This document shows, piece by piece, positions 32,461 to 42,184 of a stretch of 64,000 nt of DNA; position 1 is the first letter of the stretch, and every line of letters starts with the position of its first letter. The position numbers were made by a program, and so were the translations under genes. Origin of the DNA: Methanobacteriota archaeon. Its GTDB lineage: Archaea > Halobacteriota > Bog-38 > Methanoflorentales > Methanoflorentaceae. The stretch is from the NCBI GenBank assembly GCA_963719035.1, contig CAVRAO010000006.1, positions 1 through 64,000 of the forward strand, in the 5' to 3' direction. Below the pieces are notes generated by a model, which saw nothing but the letters and a program-made list of their open reading frames with translations, was not told the DNA's origin and ran no database searches.

Positions 32461-32928
32461 TTAGACTCGCGAATCCACGCCTTCAAGTTGAAGCAGCTTT
32501 CGCTTTGTTTCGAGCCCCCAGCTATACCCGCCGAGGTCAGCTACTCCCACCACTCGATGGCAGGGGACAAATAGAGGAACGGGGTTGCGACGCAACGCGT
32601 TCCCGACAGCTCGCGCTGCTCGTGGGTTCCCCAGCTTCGCCGCCAGTTCTGAATACGTTACAACGCTTCCCAGTGGTATTTGCCGTGTGTATTCCAGCAC
32701 GGCTCTTTCGAACACGGAGCAGTTTTCGAGATCGACAGGGAAGGTGCTGAGTTCAACGTTCTCCCCTTGCAAGTATCTCTCAAGGGCTTGCACAGCTGGT
32801 TCCGCACTCTTCGGGTTGTTAGGACGAGAGCGCGGTTCGAGCACCACCTGTTGCACCACCCCTCCTTCAAGCACGATCGATACGAATCGCGCGAGAAATT
32901 CAGAATAAAAAGACGCGGTTTCTTTCAT
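32461..32928 (-). CDS. ogt: Methylated-DNA-protein-cysteine methyltransferase
   Basis: AARAVGNAL, PCHRV, KRKLLQLEG. Confidence 0.95.
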   Translation of the reverse strand: MKETASFYSEFLARFVSIVLEGGVVQQVVLEPRSRPNNPKSAEPAVQALERYLQGENVELSTFPVDLENCSVFERAVLEYTRQIPLGSVVTYSELAAKLGNPRAARAVGNALRRNPVPLFVPCHRVVGVADLGGYSWGLETKRKLLQLEGVDSRV

Positions 32929-32949
32929 CGTTTCAGCGTCCGTTACTGT

Positions 32950-33630
32950 TTATAGTAGATACCAATCGTTATCGCCCACCGTTTTTTCCGGCGTCTCTAA
33001 GGGCACATCTTGCGGCGAAGCCTTTGAGATCGAGAGTAACGCAGCCTTTAAGTCAGCCAAGTAGTGAACGTTGCTGAGGCTCCCGTACTCAAACTTCCTG
33101 CCTCGCACCCGACAACGTTCGAGCGTTGCCTCGTGCGGCACGATGGTTACGTCCAAGTCAGTCTTCTGACTTGCCCTTTGCATGGCTTTCCGGAAGTCAC
33201 CCGTGCAGTAAGCAATTCGATGTCTATACGTGTTTCGCGTCTTGTCCAAGTATTGGAAAAGTCGGCCACTCTCGAGCTCAACGAATCTCTTCTTGACGGA
33301 TAGGACGTTGCAATTTCCAAGCACGAAATCATAATGAGCGAAGGGATATTCGGTATCAAGTTCCCGCGGCGTTACCCCACACGTTCCAAATGCAACGATA
33401 TGCACTTCGCCAGGGGCTAAAACGCTGAAAATGACCTTATCATAATTCCTGTGACTCGGACTCGTATGATACGGCTTTACCTTAGCGCACGGCACAAAAA
33501 CGCAGACGTCGCGCACGGGCGGGGCGTATTCACGCAGCACGTACTCATTTGCCCTAACCATGTCAGGGTGGGAGAACACTTTCTCTCCAACTAACGGAGC
33601 GGATGAGCGTTCTGATTCAGGAATAATCAT
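32950..33630 (-). CDS. DUF5591-like protein (related to an archaeosine synthase ArcS domain)
   Basis: FVPCAKVKPYHTSPSH and PRELDTEYPFAHY motifs. Confidence 0.7.
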   Translation of the reverse strand: MIIPESERSSAPLVGEKVFSHPDMVRANEYVLREYAPPVRDVCVFVPCAKVKPYHTSPSHRNYDKVIFSVLAPGEVHIVAFGTCGVTPRELDTEYPFAHYDFVLGNCNVLSVKKRFVELESGRLFQYLDKTRNTYRHRIAYCTGDFRKAMQRASQKTDLDVTIVPHEATLERCRVRGRKFEYGSLSNVHYLADLKAALLSISKASPQDVPLETPEKTVGDNDWYLL

Positions 33631-33651
33631 TCAGCAGTGAGCCTGGTCAGC

Positions 33652-34248
33652 TCATAAGAGGCTGAGGCTTTTAAGCTCCTTCACGATTCGATCGACCGCA
33701 TTAGCCGCATCTTCGGGCTTTCGACCGCCGGTGACAACCAGTTTGCCGGAACCGAACAAAAGAACGACCACTTTAGGTTCCGACAACCGGTAAACAAGAC
33801 CGGGAAACTGCTCAGGCTCGTACTCAATGTTCTCAAGCCCAAGGCCGATCGCAATGGCATTTAAGTTCAAAACTGCGTGAAGATCCGCGGAGGCAACGAT
33901 GTTTTGCACCTTGATCTCCGGCGTTCCCTGGACGTCGATCCCGATATTTCTGAGGCTTTGAAATACGTTTTCCAGACCCTTGTACACGTCATCGATGCTC
34001 TTTGCGCCCGTGCAAACGATTTTTCCCGATCGAAAGATGAGTGCAGCGGTCTTCGGGTCCTTCGTGCGGTAGACAAGGCCCGGAAACTGTTCCGGATCGT
34101 AATCTGCTCCCTCTAAAGCAAGCGTTACTTGCTTCAGATTTATTTCTATCCCAATGCCGGTGGAGGCAACCACATTTTCAATCTTAATAGTGTCCCGCGG
34201 TTCAATCGTTGCGTCTCCAACCATTTCGTCTTCCTTCCTTCGAACCAT
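33652..34248 (-). CDS. tbp: TATA-box binding protein
   Basis: Two repeats of NVVAS...[12 protein letters not shown]...FxSGKxVxTG. Confidence 0.98.
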   Translation of the reverse strand: MVRRKEDEMVGDATIEPRDTIKIENVVASTGIGIEINLKQVTLALEGADYDPEQFPGLVYRTKDPKTAALIFRSGKIVCTGAKSIDDVYKGLENVFQSLRNIGIDVQGTPEIKVQNIVASADLHAVLNLNAIAIGLGLENIEYEPEQFPGLVYRLSEPKVVVLLFGSGKLVVTGGRKPEDAANAVDRIVKELKSLSLL

Positions 34249-34540
34249 TGCGTCTCCCTTCCCTGTTGCTTTATAAAGGCTTTATATATATAACGTTAAG
34301 GGGCGCTCGTCGCTGTTCTGAAAGAAATTCAGCCCAAAATCTCGCTTGAATGGCAAATACGCGTGCACAGCAATTTTATCTACCTCGAATGTCTGTGTAC
34401 ATATGCATACGGGGCTGCTACTCAAGCTCAGGCCGTTGGGGGGTAGTAAAGCCGACCAAGGCTTAAGTTGGATCGAACTGCATTTGCGTGCGATAAGCTA
34501 AACGGCATTAGCGGGCACTATAAACGAGGAACCGAACAAC

Positions 34541-35521
34541 ATGAGACTAGCGTTCGAGCTATCTGGAGAGAGTGAAAGCATTCCGCGAGCTGAGGTTCTC
34601 GCCATCTTCCGCGGGGTTGTGGTTCAAGAGATGGAGCGTGTGCTTGTAATGGACGTCGAAATCTACGACCAACCGCTGGCCAATCGACTTGCAATGACGC
34701 ACGCAGTAATCGAAGTCAAGGATGTGTGCGCACAGAAGCTCACGTCTATTTACCAAGCGGCCCAAAACATTGAACTACCTCGTGTCAGCGTCGCTGTCCG
34801 AGCTAAGCGAATCGGGCACGGTCTGAGAAGCGTCGACGTTGAAGCTACGATCGGAAAGGCCCTTGCTGAGCGCGGATTTGAGATAGACCTTGCTCATCCG
34901 CAACTCCTCGTGAGGGCATTACTGAGCGAAGATGTCTGTATAATTGGAAAGACGTTAACACAGATCAATCGCTCTCAATTTGAATCGAGGCGCCCACGTT
35001 TTCGGCCATATTTCTATCCCGGCGTACTACTGCCTCGGATCGCACGAGCCGCCGTAAACCTCTCTGGCATAAACGCTCAAGAGCTCCTATTCGACCCCTT
35101 TTGTGGCACTGGAGGTTTGCTTCTTGAAGCAGGACTCATCGGAGCAACTGCTGTAGGGTCGGATGTTGACAGCAGGATGGTGTTTGGAACAAAGATGAAT
35201 CTCGACTACTACGACATAGAGAATTCCTTGCTAGTTCAAGACGCTAAGCAGTTGGCGCTAAAAGATGCATGCGTAGACGCAGTCACAACTGATCTTCCAT
35301 ATGGACGTTCTGTCAGCATCCGCGCCCAATCGCTGGAGCAACTGACGGGGATGGCCTTGGACGAAATCCATCGTGTACTCAAGTCTGACGCGCGTGCCGT
35401 TTTGATATCACACAACCCAATTGAGCGTGAAGTTTTAGATGCAGGTTTCACGATTGAGGAGCGTCACGCTCAATACGTTCACAAGAGTTTAACAAGAGAA
35501 ATTGTTGTGGTGCACAAATGA
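34541..35521 (+). CDS. THUMP-domain tRNA methyltransferase (Trm11/m2G10-like)
   Basis: ELSGE N-terminus, RPYFYPG, DPFCGTGG, TDLPYG, VHKSLTR. Confidence 0.9.
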   Translation: MRLAFELSGESESIPRAEVLAIFRGVVVQEMERVLVMDVEIYDQPLANRLAMTHAVIEVKDVCAQKLTSIYQAAQNIELPRVSVAVRAKRIGHGLRSVDVEATIGKALAERGFEIDLAHPQLLVRALLSEDVCIIGKTLTQINRSQFESRRPRFRPYFYPGVLLPRIARAAVNLSGINAQELLFDPFCGTGGLLLEAGLIGATAVGSDVDSRMVFGTKMNLDYYDIENSLLVQDAKQLALKDACVDAVTTDLPYGRSVSIRAQSLEQLTGMALDEIHRVLKSDARAVLISHNPIEREVLDAGFTIEERHAQYVHKSLTREIVVVHK

Positions 35522-35651
35522 GATGCGAGCGACCTTGATGGCGAAGAAGAGTCCTCTGAGTCCCATCCTTCTAGTTCGCTGATACGCTTACCGGGATGTC
35601 TCTGAGAAGCTTGCGAAGCGCACCTGCGTCAATCTTAGACCATATAGGACC

Positions 35652-35942
35652 CTATACGCGATGCATGTAGCGGAAGATGTTTTCGTGCTGGGCGGTGACG
35701 AGCACCCCTTGGGCTACTCCGATTGATTCCAAGCCTTTTTTTAACTCCTCAAAGTTTGCAGAGCCGATAGCAACGATCATGATCATCGTGAACACCCCGG
35801 ATACGACGGTCTGACTGATGTCTTCGATGTTGGCATTGGCAGTCGCTAACAAGTTTGCCAAAGCTGCGACGATTCCGGGATGGTCAGAGCCCGTAACCGT
35901 TATAACGATCCGCTCGCTACGCTTTGAGCTTGTCACGTTCAA
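35652..35942 (-). CDS. ACT domain protein (UPF0237)
   Basis: ITVTGSDHPGIVA, NIEDISQT, QHENIFRYMHRV. Confidence 0.92.
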   Translation of the reverse strand: MNVTSSKRSERIVITVTGSDHPGIVAALANLLATANANIEDISQTVVSGVFTMIMIVAIGSANFEELKKGLESIGVAQGVLVTAQHENIFRYMHRV

Positions 35943-35950
35943 TCAACCTC

Positions 35951-37945
35951 TTATTTGATTTTAGTGCCAGATGGAACCTTTTTCGATGGTCGAATGAGTA
36001 CCGCTCTACCCTCGTGCTCTGCGGCGAGAAGCATGCCGTGAGATTCTACACCCATCAACTTCACAGGTCGGACATTTGCAAGCACGACAACGTCAGTGCC
36101 AATGAGTTCCTCGGCCAAGTAGTCTTTGGCAATTCCTGCAACAACTTGCCGCGTTTCATCGCCCAATTGCAGCGTGATTCGCAGGAGCTTATCCGATTTC
36201 TTGACCGATTCGGCTTCTAAAATGCGAGCTATCCGCAGATCCATCTTCTCAAAATCTGCTAGCTCGATTGTCGCCTTTTTGGTCCGAACGTCGTTCGCGG
36301 GAGCCTTCTGAACCAACCCAGCCATTCTCCTACTGAGTGTGGCCTCAAGTTCCGCGATCTTTTTCTCGTCGATCTTTGCAAAGGGCAGGGTCGGCTGGTC
36401 CAGTCGCAACGGTTCAACCTCAACAGTGGCATCCGAGAAATGGGTCGAAGTAACACCGAGCTGCGCCTGTACCCCCTTCATTGTTGACGGCATAACAGGT
36501 TCCAAAAGTACCGCTAAGGCCTTCACAAGCTGAATGCAGTTCTTGACTTCTCGCGCGCACGCTTCCTTGTCAGATTTTACCAGTTTCCAAAGTGCTTTGG
36601 ACTGGAAATAGGCGTTGCCGAAGTCTGACAAAGACATCGCCGCGTCGACGAGCTTCTTAAATTCATAATCCTCTAACGCATTCACCATCTTTTCGCGTGT
36701 CGCCGCTATTTGCTCGATTATCGCCGCGTCAACTGGCGTGTCTGGAATATAACCGAAGTTCTTGTACGAAAAATGCAGTATCCGATAAATGAAGTTGCCG
36801 AGGGACCCGACGAGTTCACGATTAACTTTTTCCCCAAATACTTTCCACGAAAAATTCAGTTCCTTCGTGTGTGAGGTGTAGCACGCGAGATAATACCGCA
36901 GCAGGTCAGGATGGAACCCGTGGTCGAGGTAATCGTCATCAACCCAGACGACGTTGCCCCGACTTTTAGAAAAAGTCTCGCCATCGACTTTAACCATTCC
37001 CGAAGCAACGATGGCCGCGGGCCTCGTGTAGTCTGCTCCTTTTAGCAGCGCTGGCCAAAAAACGGCGTGATGGTAGATTATATCGCCGCCGATAAAGTGA
37101 ATGATAGTCGACTCCTTCTTCCAATAGTCTTCCCACGTACTTGTTGCCTCTTCCGTAAACGAAATGTACCCAATAGGAGCGTCAACCCACACGTAGACGA
37201 CGAGATCAGTTCCCGGAAATGAAACCCCCCATGAGAGGTTCCGTGAAATGCACCAGTCCTTGAGCTCATTTGTCACCCATTGTTGCGCATAGTTGCGGGC
37301 ATTGGCGGTTCCTCCGAGCGTCTCAAGATACGTCGACAAGAAGTCCTTAAACGCCGAGAGTTTAAAGAAGAAATGCTCCTCTTCTCTGTATTCAGCGCTT
37401 GCTCCGCACGTTTTGCACTTCGGGTCGATGACTTCTCCCGATTCGAGATGGCGCCCACACCCCTGATCGCACTCGTCTCCGCGCGCTGGCATCCCGCAAA
37501 AAAAGCACACCCCCTCGACATATCGATCTGGCAGGAAGCGATCGCAGTCCGGACAATAAGCCAATCTAATGACCATCGGATAAATGTAGCCGTTTTCTTG
37601 AAGCGCTTTTACGATTTCCTGCGTTCTGAAGTGGTTTGTAGGTGCGTCGGTATTTCCATAATGACTGAAGTCAACTGCCAATGCCTTGAAGGTGTCCTCC
37701 CAGTAGCGGTGGTAGTAAGCGGAAAGCTTCTCAGGTGTGGTCCCCTGCTGTTCAGCGTTAATAACGATCGGAGTTCCGTGAGTGTCAGAACCGCACACGA
37801 AAAGCGGGTTCTGTCGAAGCTTTTTAAGACAGCGAACGTAGATGTCTGCAGGGACGTAAGTCCTCAGGTGACCGATATGGCAAGGGCCATTGGCGTACGG
37901 CAATCCGCACGTGATAAGTAGTGGCTTATTCGTGACTGACGTCAT
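35951..37945 (-). CDS. metG: Methionyl-tRNA synthetase with C-terminal tRNA-binding domain
   Basis: PYANG...HIGH, Zn knuckles, YVWVDA, FSKS, C-terminal Trbp/EMAP domain. Confidence 0.98.
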   Translation of the reverse strand: MTSVTNKPLLITCGLPYANGPCHIGHLRTYVPADIYVRCLKKLRQNPLFVCGSDTHGTPIVINAEQQGTTPEKLSAYYHRYWEDTFKALAVDFSHYGNTDAPTNHFRTQEIVKALQENGYIYPMVIRLAYCPDCDRFLPDRYVEGVCFFCGMPARGDECDQGCGRHLESGEVIDPKCKTCGASAEYREEEHFFFKLSAFKDFLSTYLETLGGTANARNYAQQWVTNELKDWCISRNLSWGVSFPGTDLVVYVWVDAPIGYISFTEEATSTWEDYWKKESTIIHFIGGDIIYHHAVFWPALLKGADYTRPAAIVASGMVKVDGETFSKSRGNVVWVDDDYLDHGFHPDLLRYYLACYTSHTKELNFSWKVFGEKVNRELVGSLGNFIYRILHFSYKNFGYIPDTPVDAAIIEQIAATREKMVNALEDYEFKKLVDAAMSLSDFGNAYFQSKALWKLVKSDKEACAREVKNCIQLVKALAVLLEPVMPSTMKGVQAQLGVTSTHFSDATVEVEPLRLDQPTLPFAKIDEKKIAELEATLSRRMAGLVQKAPANDVRTKKATIELADFEKMDLRIARILEAESVKKSDKLLRITLQLGDETRQVVAGIAKDYLAEELIGTDVVVLANVRPVKLMGVESHGMLLAAEHEGRAVLIRPSKKVPSGTKIK

Positions 37946-38349
37946 TTTGGAGTCCTTGCGCCGTAATATTTATTTTTGTGGTTGGCAACTGCGGCAATCA
38001 CACCAGTAGATGATTGACGTAAGCCCTTCCAAACTGAGTACGACATCGCAGATTGATAACTAGTCCTTTGTGCAGGCACCGCAACAAATCTACAAGGGCT
38101 AGTTACTAGTGCATTGTGATAATGGCCCTCTATTTTAACTCTTCGAGATCGACGCGCTTGATATCATTATCGTGGTCCCGCAAGGAACATTTCGCTGCAC
38201 AAAGCAAATAGCATTGTGGAAGACTCGTACGACCGACTTTCAGCCGTTTCTCCAGGCTAGCCTGCTTGAGAAGGTTTAAGCTTTAGAGACCACTGATCAC
38301 TGTGCAAGGATATCACTGGTCTAACCATACACAGAATGGAGGTTATTAA

Positions 38350-38823
38350 ATGAGCGTAAACGATACGTGTAAAGCTTGTGGTGCTCAGCTACCCCAAAAC
38401 GCACAATTCTGCATTCAATGTGGAACTGGAGTAAGTGAGGCAGAGGCGGGAGATGGCATAAGCAGGGAGACCACAGCACCGTCTCCGATTACTATAGACG
38501 GGGTAATAGTGGTCAGTTCAAACTGGATCCCAGGATACAACATCGTAGAAACACGAGGATTCATCTACGGCCTTACAGTTAGGAGCAGAGGGCTTGGGAG
38601 GAACATTACAGCTGGGCTCCGTTCTATCGCTGGAGGAGAGATCCACGAATACGTCGAGATGATGCAACATGCGAGAGATGAGGCGCTATATCGGTTAGTC
38701 GGGCACGCCAAGTCAGTCGGAGCAAACGCCATAATAAGCGCTTATTTTGACTCGTCAGAGATCTCTGACTATATGCAGGAGATCTTGGCATACGGAACGG
38801 CTGTGATCGTTGACACGAAGTGA
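38350..38823 (+). CDS. Zinc-ribbon + YbjQ/UPF0145 protein
   Basis: CKACG...FCIQCG; GLRSIAGGEI, GANAI, AYGTAV; GGAGGT RBS. Confidence 0.9.
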   Translation: MSVNDTCKACGAQLPQNAQFCIQCGTGVSEAEAGDGISRETTAPSPITIDGVIVVSSNWIPGYNIVETRGFIYGLTVRSRGLGRNITAGLRSIAGGEIHEYVEMMQHARDEALYRLVGHAKSVGANAIISAYFDSSEISDYMQEILAYGTAVIVDTK

Positions 38824-39024
38824 CGGCGTGCATCTTAAGGGCACTTCGCGACGCGCAAGCGAGGATTGTGTTCGCTGCACGACTTCAGTTGTTTCGAACG
38901 GAACTAGTTTCACGAGCGGGGGGTGAATCAGGCTTCATAACCCTTTCAGAAGTTTAACGTCAGCCCTGAGGTTACCCGCTGCTGCGGATTCAAAAAGGAC
39001 GAACGATAATAGGGGGCCTAGAGA

Positions 39025-39660
39025 TCATTCACCAAGAAGATCGGGGCGAACCTTGCCTAAATAATCAACGACAAAGCCGGTAATGATAGCCTCGGGGACT
39101 GCTACAATCAGGTTAAGTATGGGAATCTGAATCAAGTAGGTAATCAACGCGACGCCGTGCAGTTCGCTTCCTTGTATACCCGAAATTACTAAAACGGCAA
39201 GAAGAATAACGTTACCAACGAGCAGCCCTAAAATCGCAGCTACGGCGCCTCTCGTGAACAGCTCAAGCCGACCTCTTGTCATTCTAAAGACATAGAACGC
39301 TACCGTGATCTCACTCAAGTTCACAAGCGTATTGGCGCCCACAAGCCCCCACCCCCCATGACCCACAGCCGCGCTCAAGATGTTAACAATGAGGATGATT
39401 AACGATCCGATACCCGGCCCTGCTAAGATCCCAATCAGCGGAGTGAGGTTCATATGAACACCGCCTGCTAATGGAATATCGATTTGGAAAACTGCAAAAG
39501 AGACGGCTGCAAGCATGCCTGCGATTGCCAACCGCTGAGTCGGGATCGCGTGCTTTCTGGTCGCAATGAGTGCAACAACAAGCAAAGCAAGGGCTAGTAA
39601 CCACCAAAATAGGACCCATTGGATAGGGAGGACGCCGTCGGGAAAATGAATGTGTGCCAT
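39025..39660 (-). CDS. cbiM: CbiM/NikM ECF transporter S component
   Basis: MAHIHFPDG N-terminus, GVHMN, GHGG, GAN; multiple TM helices. Confidence 0.9.
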   Translation of the reverse strand: MAHIHFPDGVLPIQWVLFWWLLALALLVVALIATRKHAIPTQRLAIAGMLAAVSFAVFQIDIPLAGGVHMNLTPLIGILAGPGIGSLIILIVNILSAAVGHGGWGLVGANTLVNLSEITVAFYVFRMTRGRLELFTRGAVAAILGLLVGNVILLAVLVISGIQGSELHGVALITYLIQIPILNLIVAVPEAIITGFVVDYLGKVRPDLLGE

Positions 39661-39766
39661 AGCAATGCCCAGCCAAATCTAACGAACTACTCACTCAATT
39701 TGTTACAAGTAACTTTCTGTATAACGGTGGCCAATGGTGATGTGTGCGTCGAACCTCAAGAAGGCG

Positions 39767-41776
39767 TCAACCACATTCGAGTGAGTCTTCATCGAACGCC
39801 TTACATCCGTACTTTTCTAAACCCGCCGGTTCCATATTCAGCGTTCTAAATCGATGATACGGCCAATCGTAAATGATGACCGGATTGGCAAGTGTCCTTG
39901 CTCCCCTCCCAAAAAGCGATATTCGTGCGTAGCTACTGGTTGCCTCATCCAAAGGATGCCCCCCTTCTGCCTCATCAAAAAGCCGATCGATGTACCCCCG
40001 AAAGCGAGGATAAGACCTTTTGTACCACTCCCGTGCAAGATCAAACTGATCCACTTTTTTTTCAAGCGTAGCGCCTCGCACCTTGATGCATTTTGATTGG
40101 AGCGTTAGTGTACAATCAGCGGCATGTGATCCCCCCAAGTCTCTGTGAAAAAGCGCTGTATTTGTCTCTACTTTTTCGAATCGGGATTGGCTTGCAGCCT
40201 CAATTCTTGAAAAGGCCGCGATTATCGCCACTGGGGAATCTTGCATCTGGCGTTTTACGCCTTCGACCAGCGAGGTTTCCTTGAAACGGACTCTTTTCCG
40301 AATAGGGTCCGATGGTTTCTCGCTATCGGACGACTGAACCGGGAACTGATCAAGGACTAGCAGCGTTGGTAGAGCATGATCCACGCCAACTCGATCTTGA
40401 GCGGTGCGTACGGCGCGTCTCACGTCTGAACCGGTCATTTCCGAATTTGCCTCTATCATTACAAGGCATGGGGCTATTCGCCTGCTCAATCGTTCTCCTG
40501 CCTCAACTACCCGCTCCAATATCGTTGCATCCCCGTCGTAAAAGCCATTATTACGATACTGCGAGAGCTCCTTCGCATCGACGCTGCAGTGTCGTGCGAG
40601 TGCGCGTTCCGTAAAGTCCTCCTTGCTTATTCCGCGACTTACGAATACCGTGGGGAACCGGCGTTGTGCGGCAAATTCAGCACACCACGCACTGAAGTCC
40701 GTGGCCTCCACGGCCGACGATGCATTGACTATGTATAACCTGCCTGGCTTCCAGCCGCCGTCCAAAGAAGCGTTTAGCCACTCTGAGGGGGCGGGAACTG
40801 CGCCGCACCTGTTGGAGAAAAGGTTCGTCATGAAGTCACTAAGGTCTTGCTCAAAGAGGTGGTTTTTGTTGCACGCCGTGATCGACAAGTCACTTGATTG
40901 TTCCCCGAGAGTTCTCAAGATGATATCAAGTGGAAGCACACTCGACGCTAAGGCAACCGCAGCTTGACGAACGAGTTCTTGGGCCCGTAGCCTGGCCCCG
41001 CGCGCTGCAATAACGTTCAAATACTCGATAAATCTGTCGTGCCGGCACGATGGGCGGCTTTGAAGCCGCTGTACGTATTGTTCTATCTCATCTACGTGCG
41101 GTCGCATTTCAGGGCTTCGAGAGAGGCTGGCCAAAATTGCGGTGCATCGAATCGGTCGACCGTGATAGGCGAGGTACCGACATACGTGCCAGAGCACGCG
41201 ATTGAGAGGCACACAAGTGCCATCTCTGCATCCATACTCATCGATAAACCCCTCACAACGGAGGCCCACCCTCAGCCCTTCGCCGATGCTCTCCGGATTG
41301 CTTAACAAATACGTAAGGGTCTCCTGCTCGATCCGGGCCTCAGTCTCGCCACTTTGGCGACTCGATTCGTCACATGGCTCTGCATGATAGTACTCACAGC
41401 CCCAGCCAGTACACGCCCCACGTTCTCGGAGTTTCGTGCTGGGCCAAACGTCCTCACAGCTCCAATGGTTCGTCTTAGGGTTATCTCGAGCCCGTGAAAG
41501 GCATTCCGTAAACTGCTTGAACTCGCTTCCTCCCCGCACGCCCGCACTGAACGAGTCGGAGTGCTTTAACATCGTCTTAGCCATTTTTGTTCCTTGCACG
41601 TCGTTTAGCCCTTTCGTCACCACATATCGCGCGAGGAGCGCGCGCGCCTTATCGCATTCCATGTCAGAAGGCACGCCGTGACGCAAAAGATGGCGAACAC
41701 ACGGCGGATGACGAACTCTGTCGCGAAAAGACTGCTGAAGCTGAAGTTCCTTCTCTTCACTGGACACGTTTCTCAC
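39767..41776 (-). CDS. Fusion of a PriL-like 4-Cys domain and a degenerate DnaB-like helicase
   Basis: HPPC...WSC...GAC...GC; DnaB-N-like IEQETLTYLL...LNRVLW; RecA/DnaB core WLNASLDGGWKPGRLYIV with eroded Walker motifs. Confidence 0.65.
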   Translation of the reverse strand: MRNVSSEEKELQLQQSFRDRVRHPPCVRHLLRHGVPSDMECDKARALLARYVVTKGLNDVQGTKMAKTMLKHSDSFSAGVRGGSEFKQFTECLSRARDNPKTNHWSCEDVWPSTKLRERGACTGWGCEYYHAEPCDESSRQSGETEARIEQETLTYLLSNPESIGEGLRVGLRCEGFIDEYGCRDGTCVPLNRVLWHVCRYLAYHGRPIRCTAILASLSRSPEMRPHVDEIEQYVQRLQSRPSCRHDRFIEYLNVIAARGARLRAQELVRQAAVALASSVLPLDIILRTLGEQSSDLSITACNKNHLFEQDLSDFMTNLFSNRCGAVPAPSEWLNASLDGGWKPGRLYIVNASSAVEATDFSAWCAEFAAQRRFPTVFVSRGISKEDFTERALARHCSVDAKELSQYRNNGFYDGDATILERVVEAGERLSRRIAPCLVMIEANSEMTGSDVRRAVRTAQDRVGVDHALPTLLVLDQFPVQSSDSEKPSDPIRKRVRFKETSLVEGVKRQMQDSPVAIIAAFSRIEAASQSRFEKVETNTALFHRDLGGSHAADCTLTLQSKCIKVRGATLEKKVDQFDLAREWYKRSYPRFRGYIDRLFDEAEGGHPLDEATSSYARISLFGRGARTLANPVIIYDWPYHRFRTLNMEPAGLEKYGCKAFDEDSLECG

Positions 41777-42184
41777 ATCCTCGATCGCGAGCCCGCACTT
41801 GAACAGATATGCGCCAACTACGGCTGGGACGAATCATCTCGTATTTTGTCGAGTTACGCCGGGTTCTTGCTCCTTTTGACGTGTGGTATAGCTTACCTAA
41901 GCGATCAGCGAAAGTATCCGCCTAACAGAAAAGACCGTATTTATCCGTAATTTGACTGCTGATATAAACCGTCGAACGTTCTTCTGACGCCCCTCCCCAC
42001 TTTCAGCACCTACGGCTGCAAAACACGTCGGTCTCTTTGTATCATTAACTCCAGATGCCCCTTTTGGGAAAACGCGTGCGCCATACGACTTACTTTAGGT
42101 ACATCCGCATGCAAAGGTGCGCCGAAACAGCGGACAATGAAATTGTTTAAATAAGCCCAAAACATTAAAAAACTACGTGGTCTA

